This document shows positions 11,880-24,947 of a DNA stretch of 64,000 bases, one piece after another. The DNA is from Mobula hypostoma (taxonomy: Eukaryota). The DNA is taken from NCBI RefSeq assembly GCF_963921235.1, contig NC_086097.1, forward strand, positions 74,712,001 through 74,776,000, in the 5' to 3' direction. The notes beneath the pieces were generated by a model, which did not search any database, had not been told where the DNA came from, and saw only the letters and a program-made list of their open reading frames with translations. Position 1 is the stretch's first letter. Every line of letters begins with the position of its first letter. The translations under genes and the position numbers were made by a program.

Positions 11880-13703
11880 AATCAGAATCAGGTTTATTAT
11901 CACCGGCATGTGATGTGAAATTTGTTAACTTAGCAGCAGAAGTTCAATGCAATACATAATCTAGCAGAGAGAAAAAAACCTAATAATAATAAATAAGTAA
12001 ATCAGTTATGTATATTGAATAGATTTTTTTTTAAAGTGCAAAAACAGAAATACTGTATTTTTTTTAAGTGAAAAGCAAGGTCGTGTCCAAAGATTCAATG
12101 TCCATTTAGGAATCGGATGGCAGAGGGGAAGAAGCTGTTCTTGAATCACTGAGTGTGTGCCGTCAGGCTTCTGTACTTCCTACCTGATGGTAGCAGTGAG
12201 AAAAGGGCATGTCCTGGGTACTTTGTAGGCTAGTACCCAAGATGGAACTGACTAGATTTACAACCTTCTGCAGCTTCTTTCGGTCCTGTGCTGTAGCCCC
12301 TCCATACCAGACAGTGATGCAACTTGTCAGAATGCTCTGCACGGTACAACCGTAGAAGATTTTGAGTGTATTTGTTGACATGCCAAATCTCTTCAAACTC
12401 CTAATAAAGTATAGCCACTAACTTGCCTTCTTTATAACTACATCGATAATGTTGGGACCAGGTTAGATCCGCAGAGATCTTGACACCCAGGAACTTGAAG
12501 TTGCTCACTCTCTCCACTTCTGATCCCTCTGTGAGGATTGGTATGTATTCCTTCGTCTTGCCCTTCCTGAAGTCCGCAATCAGCTCTTTCATCTTACTGA
12601 TATTGAGTGCTAGGTTGTTGCTGCAACACCACTCCACTAGTTGGCATATCTCACTCCTGTATGCCCTCTCAACACCACCTGAGATTCTAGCAACAATGGT
12701 TGTATCGTCAGCACATTTATAGATGGTATTTGAGCTATTCCTAGCCACACAGTCATGTGTATTTAGAGAGTAGAGCAGTGGGCTAAGCACACACCCCTGA
12801 GATGCGCCTGTGTTGATCGTCAGCGAGGATATGTTATCACCAATTCGCACAGATTGTGGTCTTCCAGTTAGGAAGTGGAGGATCCAATTGCAGAGGGAGG
12901 TACAGAGGCCCAGTTTCTGCAACTTCTCAATCAGGATTGCGTGAATGATGGTATTAAATGCTGAGCTATAGTCGATGAACAGCATCCTGATATATGTGTT
13001 TACGTTGTCCAGGTGGTCTAAAGCCGTGTGGAGATCCATTGAGCTTGCGTCTGCTGTTGACCTATAGTGGCGATAGGCAAATTTCAATGAGTCCAGGTCC
13101 TTGCTGAGGCAGGAATTCAGTCTAGTCATGACCAACCTCTCAAAGCATTTCTCAATGTCGATGTGAGTGCTACCGGATGATAGTCATTAAGGCAGCCTAT
13201 GTTATTCTTCTTGGGCACTGTTATAACTTTGCCTTTTTGAAGCAAGTGGGAACTTCTGCCCGTAGCAGTGAGAGGTTGAAAATGTCCTTGAATACTCCCA
13301 TTAGTTGATTGGCACAGGTTTTCAGAGCCTTACCAGGTACTCCTTCGGGACCTTCCGCCTTGCTAGGGTTCACTCTCTTTAAAGACAGCCTGACATCGGC
13401 CTCTGAGATGGAGATCATAGGGTCATCAGGTACAGCAGGATTCTTCACAGCTGTAGTTGTTTTCTCCCTTTCAAAGTGAGCATAGAAGGCGTTGAGTTCA
13501 TCTGGTAGCGAAGCATCGCTGCCATTCATGCTATTGGGTTTTGCTTTGTAGGAAGTAATGTCTTGCAGACCCTGCCAGAGTTGTCCTGCATCCGATGTCA
13601 CCTCCAACTTCATTCGAAATTTGTCTCTTCGGCCTTGAAAGAGCCCTCTACAAATCTTACCTGGTTTTCTGCTACAGGCCTGGATCGCCAGACTTGAATG
13701 CCA
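11880..13703 (-). mobile_element. Rex1/Babar LINE, 5'-truncated
   Basis: ORFs 12401-13135 ([28 protein letters not shown]) and 13221-13739; (TTCTGA)n tail. Confidence 0.9.
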
Positions 13704-15035
13704 GTGGAGTGGAAACAGCAATAGTTCGTTTAAACGCATTAAGACATCTTTATTGACTGTACTGACCTTGGAAACAGTTGTGCTGTTTAGCTGTATCAGG
13801 CTAAAATGAGAATATTTAATAGTATCTATTGAGAGTACTGCTGCAACTCAAGTCGCGCTAGGCGCCCCGAAAGTAAAATCTGAGAAGTTAACTCATTCTG
13901 TTTCTGTTTATAAGCCAAATTACTTTCTTATATATTTACAGTGTTTGTTGATAGCTGCCAATGATTGTTACAGCCCAAGAGTTATTGCTGTCACGATTTA
14001 CTTATGGCTTCATTACAACTGCAAACTTTCAGGAAAGAAAGCAAATTTATTTACAGCTGTGTTGATATTGATTTATTTTTTCGTAAACTAGAATTAAATT
14101 GTAGCTCCTAATGATATGAGGATGATTTGCAGTAAGAGTTTAGTTTATTCTTGATATGGGCGACCACTAAAATAAGGACAGCTATGTAGAAAAATAATGC
14201 AAAAATTACAAATTCCAATAAAATTATTGAAAACGTGTTTTCTGTACCATCCGAAGTTAAATCCAATAACAGGAGCTAAATATGTATAGTGCATAGTTTG
14301 CCTGAAAAATGATTTTTTTAACTCTAAATGTTGGAAGAGGATAATATTTGTAATTTGTCCAAAATGCAGACAGCTGACCACTTGTAACAAATTAGTAGGC
14401 CATAATGAACACAAACTTGATTAAAAGCTGATAAAGAAAGTATTGAAATTCTTAATTCACTGGAAGAGGTGGTATGGCAATGGGAGAGAATATGGTCTTG
14501 AATGATTTTAAGTGTGACCTTGTATGATAAAATCAGTCAGCTGTTTTTTTTCACCATTTTCTTTTTTGTGGCCTGGTTCTGGTTCTTCATTTAAGTGTCT
14601 GTAATGTGGCCAGGAAGAGTAGAATGCTGCCATGTTATGGGATATGAAAGATTTTACAGGGTGACAAATTATTCCATGTCTTCAATAATTAACTTGGTAT
14701 GAAAAATCTCTTTTTAAATATTTCTCTGATTTCTTTGTGTAATATTTGTGAGATCATAATTCTTTTGGAAAAAACAGATCTAATGATTTACACAATCTTG
14801 TTTTGTGCCCAGGGCTGCATGACTAATTTAAATTTGGGATAATTTTGGCATATTTTGCGATAATTTTGATCGACTTGATAATCTTTTTGTATTTTCCTTG
14901 ATATTATTTTTCTCCTTCATTTTCTCACCAGTGTAAGAAATTTTTCCTGTAGTCTTCAAGTTCTTCACTATATGTTCCATAGTTTGGGCCTCTTAGGTTA
15001 CATATTTTTTTCATTTATTTACTGTTCTTTGTAAT

Positions 15036-18000
15036 AGAAACATAGAAACATAGAAAATAGGTGCAGGAGTAGGCCATCCGGCCCTTCGAGCCTGCACCGC
15101 CATTTATTATGATCATGGCTGATCATCCAACTCAGAACCCCACCCCAGCCTTCCCTCCATACCCCCTGACCCCCGTAGCCACAAGGGCCATATCTAACTC
15201 CCTCTTAAATATAGCCAATGAACTGGCCTCAACAGTTTCCTGTCGCAGAGAATTCCACAGATTCACCACTCTCTGTGTGAAGAGGTTTTTCCTAATCTCG
15301 GTCCTAAAAGGCTTCCCCTCTATCCTCAAACTGTGACCCCTCGTTCTGGACTTCCCCAACATCGGGAACAATCTTCCTGCATCTAGCCTGTCCAATCCCT
15401 TTAGGATCTTATACGTTTCAATCAGATCCCCCCTCAATCTTCTAAATTCCAACGAGTACAAGCCCAGTTCATCCAGTCTTTCTTCATATGAAAGTCCTGC
15501 CATCCCAGGAATCAATCTGGTGAACCTTCTTTGTACTCCCTCTATGGCAAAGATGTCTTTCCTCAGATTAGGGGACCAAAACTGCACACAATACTCCAGG
15601 TGTGGTCTCACCAAGGCCTTGTACAACTGCAGTAGTACCTCCCTGCTCCTGTACTCGAATCCTCTCGCTATAAATGCCAGCATACCATTCGTCTTTTTCA
15701 CCGCCTGCTGTACCTGCATGCCCACTTTCAATGACTGGTGTATAATGACACCCAGGTCTCGTTGCACCTCCCCTTTTCCTAATCGGCCACCATTCAGATA
15801 ATAATCTGTTTTCCTATTTTTGCCACCAAAGTGGATAACTTCACATTTATCCACATTAAATTGCATCTGCCATGAATTTGCCCACTCACCCAACCTATCC
15901 AAGTCACCCTGCATCCTCTTAGCATCCTCCTCACTGCTAACACTGCCACCCAGCTTCGTGTCATCCGCAAACTTGGAGATGCTGCATTTAATTCCCTCAT
16001 CCAAGTCATTAATATATATTGTAAACAACTGGGGTCCCAGCACTGAGCCTTGCGGTACCCCACTAGTCACCGCCTGCCATTCTGAAAAGGTCCCGTTTAT
16101 TCCCACTCTTTGCTTCCTGTCTGCTAACCAATTCTCCACCCACACCAATACCGTACCCCCAATACCGTGTGCTTTAAGTTTGCATACTAATCTCCTGTGT
16201 GGGACCTTGTCAAAAGCCTTTTGAAAATCCAAATATACCACATCCACTGGTTCTCCCCTATCCACTCTACTAGTTACATCCTCAAAAAATTCTATGAGAT
16301 TTGTCAGACATGATTTTCCTTTCACAAATCCATGCTGACTTTGTCCGATCATTTCACCGCTTTCCAAATGTGCTGTTATCACATCCTTGATAACTGACTC
16401 CAGCAGTTTCCCCACCACCGACGTTAGGCTAACCGGTCTATAATTCCCCGGTTTCTCTCTCCCTCCTTTTTTAAAAAGTGGGGTTACATTAGCCACCCTC
16501 CAATCCTCAGGAACTAGTCCAGAATCTAACGAGTTTTGAAAAATTATCACTAATGCATCCACTATTTCTTGGGCTACTTCCTTAAGCACTCTAGGATGCA
16601 GACCATCTGGCCCTGGGGATTTATCTGCCTTCAATCCCTTCAATTTACCTAATACCACTTCCCTACTAACATGTATTTCGCTCAGTTCCTCCATCTCACT
16701 GGACCCTCTGTCCCTTACTATTTCCAGAAGATTATTTATGTCCTCCTTAGTGAAGACAGAACCAAAGTAATTATTCAATTGGTCTGCCATGTCCTTGCTC
16801 CCCATAATCAATTCACCTGTTTCTGTCTGCAGGGGACCTACATTTGTCTTTACCAGTCTTTTCCTTTTTACATATCTATAAAAGCTTTTACAGTCAGTTT
16901 TTATGTTCCCTGCCAGTTTTCTCTCATAATCTTTTTTCCCCTTCCTAATTAAGCCCTTTGTCCTCCTCTGCTGAACTCTGAATTTCTCCCAGTCCTCAGG
17001 TGAGCCACTTTCTCTGGCTAATTTGTATGCTTCTTCTTTGGAATTGATACTATCCCTAATTTCTCTTGTCAGCCACGGGTGCACTACCTTCCTTGATTTA
17101 TTCTTTTGCCAAACTGGGATGAACAATTGCTGTAGTTCATCCATGCAACCTTTAAATGCTTGCCATTGCATATCCACCGTCAATCCTTTAAGTGTCATTT
17201 GCCAGTCTATCTTAGCTAATTCACGTCTCATACCTTCAAAGTTACCCCTCTTTAAGTTCAGAACCTTTGTTTCTGAATTAACTATGTCACTCTCCATCTT
17301 AATGAAGAATTCCACCATATTATGGTCACTCCTACCCAAGGGGCCTCTCACGACAAGATTGCTAATTAACCCTTCCTCATTGCTCAAAACCCAGTCCAGA
17401 ATAGCCTGCTCTCTAGTTGGTTCCTCGACATGTTGGTTCAAAAAACCATCCCGCATACATTCCAAGAAATCCTCTTCCTCAGCACCTTTACCAATTTGGT
17501 TCACCCAGTCTACATGTAGATTGAAGTCACCCATTATAACTGCTTTTCCTTTATTGCACACATTTCTAATTTCCTGTTTAATACCATCTCCGACCTCACT
17601 ACTACTGTTAGGTGGCCTGTACACAACTCCCACCAGCATCTTCTGCCCCTTAGTGTTACGCAGCTCTACCCATATCGATTCTACATCTTCCCGGCTTATG
17701 TCTTTCCTTTCTATTGCATTAATCTCTTCTTTAACCAGCAACGCCTCCCCTTCCTTCATGTCTATCCCTCCTGAATATTGAATATCCCTGAACGTTGAGC
17801 TCCCATCCCTGGTCACCCTGGAGCCATGTCTCTGTGATCCCAACTATATCATAATCATTAATAACAATCTGCACTTTCAATTCATCCACCTTATTACGAA
17901 TGCTCCTTGCATTGACACATAAAGCCTTCAGGCGCTCTTTTACAACTCTCTTAGCCCTTATACAATTATGTTGAAAAGTGGCCCTTTTTAATGCTTGCCC

Positions 18001-18988
18001 TGGATTTGTCGGCCTACCACTTTTACTTTTCTCCTTTGTACTTTTTGCTTCTACCCTCACTTTACACCCCTCTGTCTCTCTGCACTGGTTACCATCCCTC
18101 TGTTGTGAACTAACCTCCTCACGCCTAGCCTCTTTAATTTGATTCCCACCCCCCAACCATTCTAGTTTAAAGTCACCTCAGTAGCCCCCGCTAATCTCCC
18201 TGCCAGGATATTGGTCCCCCTAGGATTCAAGTGTAACCCGTCCTTTTTTTACAGGTCACGCCTGCGCCAAAAGAGGTCCCAATGATCCAAAAACTTGAAT
18301 CCCTGCCCCCTGCTCCAATCCCTCAGCCACACATTTATCCTCCACCTCATCGCATTCCTACTCTCACTGTCGCGTGGCACAGGCAGTAATCCCGAGATTA
18401 CTACCTTTGCGGTCCTTTTTCTCAACTCCCTTCCTAGCTCCCTATATTCTCCTTTCAGGACCTCATCCCTTTTCCTACCTATGTCACTGGTACCAATATG
18501 TACCACGACCTCTGGCTCCTCACCCTCCCACTTCAGGATATCTTGGACACGATCAGAAATATCCCGGACCCTGGCACCAGGGAGGCAAACTACCATCCGG
18601 GTCTCTGGACTGCGTCCACAGAATCGCCTATCTGACCCCTTTACTATCGAGTCCCCTATCACAACTGCCCTCCTCTTCCTTGCCCTACCCTTCTGAGCTA
18701 CAGGGCCAGACTCCGTGCCAGAGGCACGGCCACTGTCGCTTCCCCCGGGTAAGCTGTCCCCCCCCAACAGTACTCAAACAGGAGTACCTGTTGTTAAGGG
18801 GCACAGCCACTGGGGTACTCCCCATCACCTGACTTTTCCCCTTCCCCCTCCTAACCGTGACCCACTTGTCTGCCTCCCGTGGCCCTGGCGTGACCACCTG
18901 CCTTCCACTCCTCTCTATCACCTCCTCACTCTCCCTGACCAGACGAAGGTCATCGAGCTGCAGCTCCAGTTCCGTAACGCACAGTTCC
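15036..18988 (-). mobile_element. Young CR1 LINE: partial ORF1 (SGNH esterase) and almost intact ORF2
   Basis: 903-aa open frame 15132-17843 (GDFN, SDH, NYRPVSLTS, QGSVLGP, FADD); ORF2 N-terminus NARSIRNK..ITETW in ORF 17731-18156; ORF1 VIGDS..DGLH; (TTTCTATG)n tail at about 15036-15058. Confidence 0.96.
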
Positions 18989-21900
18989 GTAATTGCACAG
19001 TTAGAGCAATAAGGATGCCAGGCAGGATAGTGAAATGCTCCTCTTGCGGGTTGTGATAAGTCAGGGAGACCTCCAGTGTCGCTAACAACTGTACCTGTGA
19101 TAAGTGCATCCACCTGCAGCTTCCAACACTCCCTGTTAAGTACTTGGATCATTTGGGACTCTGAGACAGGACATATAGAGAGGTGGTAACATCCAAGGTG
19201 CAGGATACAGGAAACTGGGTGACAGTCAGGGGGGAGAAATGGGTTGTAGCCAGTGTGGAGTACCCATGTGATCATCCCCCTCAAAAACAGGTATACCACT
19301 TAGGATACTGTTTGGGAGTGGGGCGGAACTTAGCAGAGGAAAGTCAGATCTCTGGCACTGAGTCTGGCTCTGTGGCTCAGAGGAGAAGTGGGGAGAGAGA
19401 CGAGCTGTGATGATAAGGTGTTTGTTAGTTAGGGGAACAGAAAAGGGGTTCTGTGGATGAGAATGAGATTGCTGGATTGTATGATGCCTCCCCGGTGCCA
19501 GGGTCTGGGGCATCTTGGATTGACTCCTCAACATTCTTAAGTGGAAGGGTGAACAGCCAGAGATTGTGATGCATATGGATATCAACGACATAGGTAGGAA
19601 GAGGGTCGAGTTTCAGCAAAGTAAGTTCAGGGAGTTAGCTGCTAAATTAAAGGACAGTATCTACAGGGTAGTGATCTCAGGTTTGCTACCTGTACCAGAA
19701 ATAGGAAGATCATTCGGTTTAATGCATGGCTAAGGAGTTGGTGTAGGAGGGAGGGCTTGATATTTGGATCATTGGGCTCTCTTGCAGGGAAGATGGGACC
19801 TGTACAGAAGAAACATTTTGCACCTAACCTGCAGGGGGACTAATATCCTAGCGGGAAGGTTTGCTAGTACTGCACAAGGGGTTTTAATCTAGAGTTGCGG
19901 GGGGTTGAGAACCAGTGTGCCAGAACAGTGGAGTGGTTGTACAGACAAATGTTGATAAGACCACAGAGGAAGACAGGAGGCATTAAAGGCGGAGGGGGTG
20001 TTACCTCTCAGGGAAAATGTCATGGCAGTGCTCAGTCAGGACAAACTGGAGAACTTATCTAGTGAGGCTTTATGTGTGGGACTGAGAAATAATAAAGGTA
20101 TGACTGCATTAATGGGGCTATATTATAGACCATCCAGCAGTCTCCAGGATTAAGAGGAACAAATTTGTAGAGAGATCACAGCCTGTTGCAAGAAACATAA
20201 CGTTGTGATAGTAGGTGATTTTAACTTTCCGCATATTGACTGAGACTCCCATACTGTAAGAGGATTAGATGGGATAAAGTTTGTCAAATGTGATCAGGAA
20301 AGTTTCCTTTAATTGGTACATAGAAGTCCCAATGAGAGAGTGTGCAGTACTTGATCACCTATTATGGAATAGGGCAGGACAGGTAACAGAAGTTTTTGTA
20401 GGGGTTTACATCTAGTGATCATAATGCCATTAGTTTCAAAGTAATTAGGGAAAGGGATAGGTCTGGTCCTCGAGCTGAGATTCTAAATTGGAGAACGGCC
20501 AATTTTGATGTTATCAGGAAGGATCTGTCAAATGTGGATTGGAGCAGGCTGCTTTCTGGCAAAGGTGTACTTGGTAAGTGAAAGGCCTTCAAAAGTGAAA
20601 TCTTGAGTATACAAAGCTTGTACCTGTCAAAATAAAAGGCAAGGATAACGGGTTTAGGAAACCTTGATTTCTGAGAGATATGGAGGTTAAGAAAAAAAAT
20701 GGAGGTGTTTAGCACGTATAGGCAAGTACAAACAAATGAGGTAGTTAAATATAGGTAATGCAAGAGATGACTTAAGAAAGAAATCAAGAAAGCATGAGGT
20801 TGCTCTCGCAGGCAATGTGAAAGAGAACCCTACGGGCTTCTACAGATACGTTAAGCAAAAGGATTGCAAGAGACAAAATTGGTCCTCCAGAAGATCAGAA
20901 TGGTAATCTATGTGTGGAGCCCAAAGAGATGGGGGAGGTCATAAATTGATTTTTTTGTATTTGTATTTACTCTGGAGATGGGCACAGATTCTGTAGAACT
21001 GAGGCAAAGCAGCAGAGAGCCCTATCCAGATGACAGAGGTCAAGGTGTTTGCTGTCTTAAGACAAATTAGGGTGGACAAATCTCTAGAGCCTGACGAGGT
21101 GTTCCCTCAGACCCTGTAGAAGGCAAGTGCAGAAATTGCAGGAGCCCTAGCAGAGATAATTAAATCATCCTTAGCTACAGGTGAGGTACCGGAGGATTAG
21201 AGGATAGTTGATATTGTTTCTGCTGTTTAAGGAAGGCTGTATGAATAAACCGGGAAATTATAGGCCAGTGAGCCTGACATCAGTAGTGGGAAAGTTATTG
21301 CAAGGTATCCTAAGGGGCATAATATATGAGCATTTGGATAGATAGGAACTGATTAGGTATAGTCAGCATGGCTTTGTCGTCATGTCTAACCAATCCTATA
21401 GAGTTTTTTGAGAAAGTTGCCAGGAAAGTTGATTAAGGCAAGGCAGTGGATGTTGTCTACATGGACTTTAACAAGGCATTTGACAAGATCCCTCATGGGA
21501 GGTTGGTTCAGAAGGTTCAGTCACTTGGCATTTCAGATGATGTTGTAAATTGGATCAGACATTAGCTGTGTGGGAGGAGCCAGAGAGTGGTAGTAGATGG
21601 TTGCCTCTCTGACTGAAGGCCTGTGATTAGTGGAGTTCTGCAGGTATCGGTGCTGGGTCTGTTGTTGTTTGTCATCTATATCAACTTTCTGGCTGATAAA
21701 GTGATTAACTGGATCAGCAAATCTGTGACTAACACGAAGATTAGGGGTGTAATGGACAGTGAGGAAGACTATTAAAGCTTGTAGCAGAATCTGGGCCAGC
21801 TGGAAAAATGGGCTGAAAGACAGCAGATGGAATTTAATGCAAACAAATGTGAAATATTGCCCTTCGGGAGGACCAACCAGGGTAGGCCTTACACAGTGGG

Positions 21901-22572
21901 CGATAGTGTGGTAGAACAAAGGGATTGGGGGATACAGATTCATAATTCATTGACCACCATAGATCAAAGTATTGAATACAGGAGATGGGCTGTTATGTTG
22001 AAGTTATATAAGGCATTGGTGAGGTCTAATGTGGAGTATTCTGTATAGTTTTGGTCACTTACCTGCAGGAAAGAAAGAAATAGAATTGGAAAAGTTATGA
22101 GAAAATTTACCAGTATGTTGCCGGGTCTGGAGGATCTGAGTTATAAGGAAAGATTGAATAGGTTAGAACTTTATTCCTTAGAACATAGAAGATTGAAGGG
22201 AGATTTGATAGAAATATACAAAATTACGAGGGGTTTAGATAGGGTAAATGCAAAGGCTTTTTCTACTGATGTTGAGTGAGACTACAACTAGAAGTCATGG
22301 GTTACAAGTGAAAGGTGAAAAGTTAATAGGGAACATGAGGGGAATCATCTTCCCTCAGAGATGGTGAGATTGTGAAACGAACTGCTGGTGCAAGTGGTGG
22401 AAACTATTTTGACTTCAACGTTTAAGAGAAATTTGGATAGGTACATGGATTGCAAGGGTATGGAGGGCTATGGTCGAGGGGCAGGTCGATAGAACTAGGC
22501 AGTTTAAATGGTTGGGAACAGACTAGATGGGCCAAAGGACCTTTTCTGTGCTGTAGTTTTCTATGACTCTAT
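18989..22572 (+). mobile_element. Older near-full-length CR1 LINE (degenerate ORF1 and ORF2)
   Basis: ORF1 start MPGRIVKCSSC..CTCDKC zinc finger, decayed esterase region, decayed APE/RT, tail ttttctatgactcta. Its 5' UTR probably continues at about 14980-15035. Confidence 0.88.
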
Positions 22573-23584
22573 ACTAGATAGATCGGTTTGTACATTAGAT
22601 ATTACATATAAGAATATACAAATAATAGCATTTCCTTACATAAGTTGAGCTTTTTAATTTGCCAAAAGATTAATGTATAACTTCCTTGTAAAGTTTGCTG
22701 CAAAGTAAGTTTTTCAGTACTTGAAAGACAATACAGAATGTTTACTATCAGGAACATGCCAAAGTAACAGGAATATATTTAAAATTTGATAACTTAAATC
22801 GTTTAACATTTGTTAAAGTTTCCACCATCTTGTAATTATCTGACCAAATTTTTTTTTGGATATGGAGGGAGCTTGATCTTAAATTATTGTGGTCCCAAAG
22901 CATCAAGCTACAGGATGATGTCTCCTAATATTTGTTGTCAGTATGTTATGTTGCAACAAATGGAACTGATTATTTTTATTGAGCAGAATATAATTTTGCT
23001 CAAAAGTAACAATCTCTGTGCCAAGACAACCGCACTGTAATTCTCCTGTTGAAACTCCAATATTCTTGTGTTAGTCCCTCAAATAAAATTTCTCTTCTCC
23101 TCTTCACTGCACCAAATATTTTTCTCTTTTTGGTTATTTAAGAGCTAGTTTGTGGTTTGGTAAAGTATTTGGCATACTACAAAGTACTGCACAAATACTG
23201 GTTATTGAATGTCAATATAATTTCATATATTTAGTTATGTGTTGAAATCTGTTTCAATTTAATGCAGCTCTTTTTGAAGGAAAATGTTTTGTTTTCAGTT
23301 CACTCTGAAGGCACATACCATACCTAAATTATTTGGATTTTGTAAGAGTGAGACCACTAATTTTAAAGTTAGCTGCCTTTAATAATTTGATGATCCATGT
23401 TACATGAAATTAAGACCTCTGTTGGTATTTGGGTGTCAGTTCAAGGCAACAGAATGTGAGAAACTTAGAGCACAGAAGTCTATTCTGCTTACCATTTCAA
23501 TGTCAGTAAATCCACTTCTTACTTTTGCTCCAGAGCTCTGTAAGTTATAATTTTCAAGTGTGCATCCAAGTATTTTGTAGCAAA

Positions 23585-24632
23585 GATACTACCATGGATA
23601 GAAGATTGGCTGACTGGCATGAAGCAAAGACTGGGAATAAAGGGGGCTTTTCTGGTTGGCTGCCAGTGACAGTTGCAGTGTTCCACAGGGGTTGGCGCTT
23701 GGAATGCTTCTTTTCACATTTTATGTCATTAATTTGGATGATGGAATTGATGGCTTTGTGGCCAAGTTTGCGGACATTACGCTGATGGGTGGAGAGGCGG
23801 GTAGCGGAAGCAGGGAGTCTACAAAAGTACTTAGATTGGGAGAATGGGCAAAGAGGTGGCAAGTGGAATGTAGTGTAGGGAAGTATACGGTCATGAACTT
23901 TGATAGAAGAAATAAAGCCAGAGACTATTTTCTTAATGAGGGTGAAAATTCAAAAAATCAGTGGTGCAAGGGAACTTAGGAGTCCTTGTGCAGGATTCCT
24001 TAAGTGTTAACTTGCTAGTTGAGTCATTGGTATGGAAGGCAAATGAAAAGTCAGCACTCATTTTGAGAGGACTAGAATATAAGAGCAAGAATGTGATGTT
24101 GAGGCTTCGTAAGACATTGATCAGACTGCACGGAGTCCTATGAGCAGTTTTGGGCCCCTTATCTAGGAAAAGATGCGCTGGCATTGGAGAGGATCCAGAG
24201 GACAGTAACATATGAAGAGTGTTTGATAGCTCTAGGTCTGTATTCACTTCAGTTTAAAAGTACCAGGGGGGATCTCACTGAAACCTATTGAATTTTGAAG
24301 GACCTAGATAGAGAGGATGTTTGTTATAGTAAGTGAGTCTACGACCAGAGAGCATAGCCTTCAAATAGATTTGGAACAGATATGAGGAGGAATTTCTTTA
24401 ACCAGAGTAGTGAATTTGTAGAATTCATTGTCCTAGACAGTAGTAGAGGCAAGTCATTGGGTATATTTAAAGCAGAGGTTGATAGGTTCCTGATTAGTCA
24501 GAGTGTCAAAGGTTACAGGGAGAAGGCAGGATAATGGGGTTGAGTGGGACAATAAATAAGCAGCGATGTAATGGCAGAGCAGACTTGATGCTTTGAATGG
24601 CCTAATTCTACTCCTATGTCCTCTATCATATT
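23585..24632 (+). mobile_element. CR1 3' fragment
   Basis: VPQG.ALG, GFVAKFAD, WAKRWQ; CR1 3' UTR ending ggcctaattctactcctatgtc. Confidence 0.88.
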
Positions 24633-24947
24633 GTACTTCTCTGCCTCCACCACCCCTTTTAAGACAGTAGTTTCTAGACCATGCCATTTGTTGATTGATT
24701 TTTTTCAGCTCCCCTCAAATTCTTCTACTAAATAAGTCAATTGTGTGCCTCCTGAATAATAACGTCCCTGCCAAAGGAGATGTATCTATCATTTACAGTG
24801 CCTTGTCTACTCGACAATTAAATATTACTTTAGCCTACTTCTTTCCAAAGAAAAGAACTTTACCCTAGATGAGAGACATACACAATTACAAAAGCTAGAA
24901 TAGGAAGCAAAAAAAAACACTTGGAGAACCAGAAATGTCAATCATCA

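Noticed and set aside
15132..17843. 903-aa ORF as a complete or domesticated gene
   Set aside because: The first ~35 residues are out-of-frame sequence upstream of a deletion; the rest is ordinary CR1 ORF2.
18685..19299. 204-aa ORF as a novel protein
   Set aside because: A chimera of antisense old-CR1 sequence and young-CR1 ORF1 across the insertion junction.
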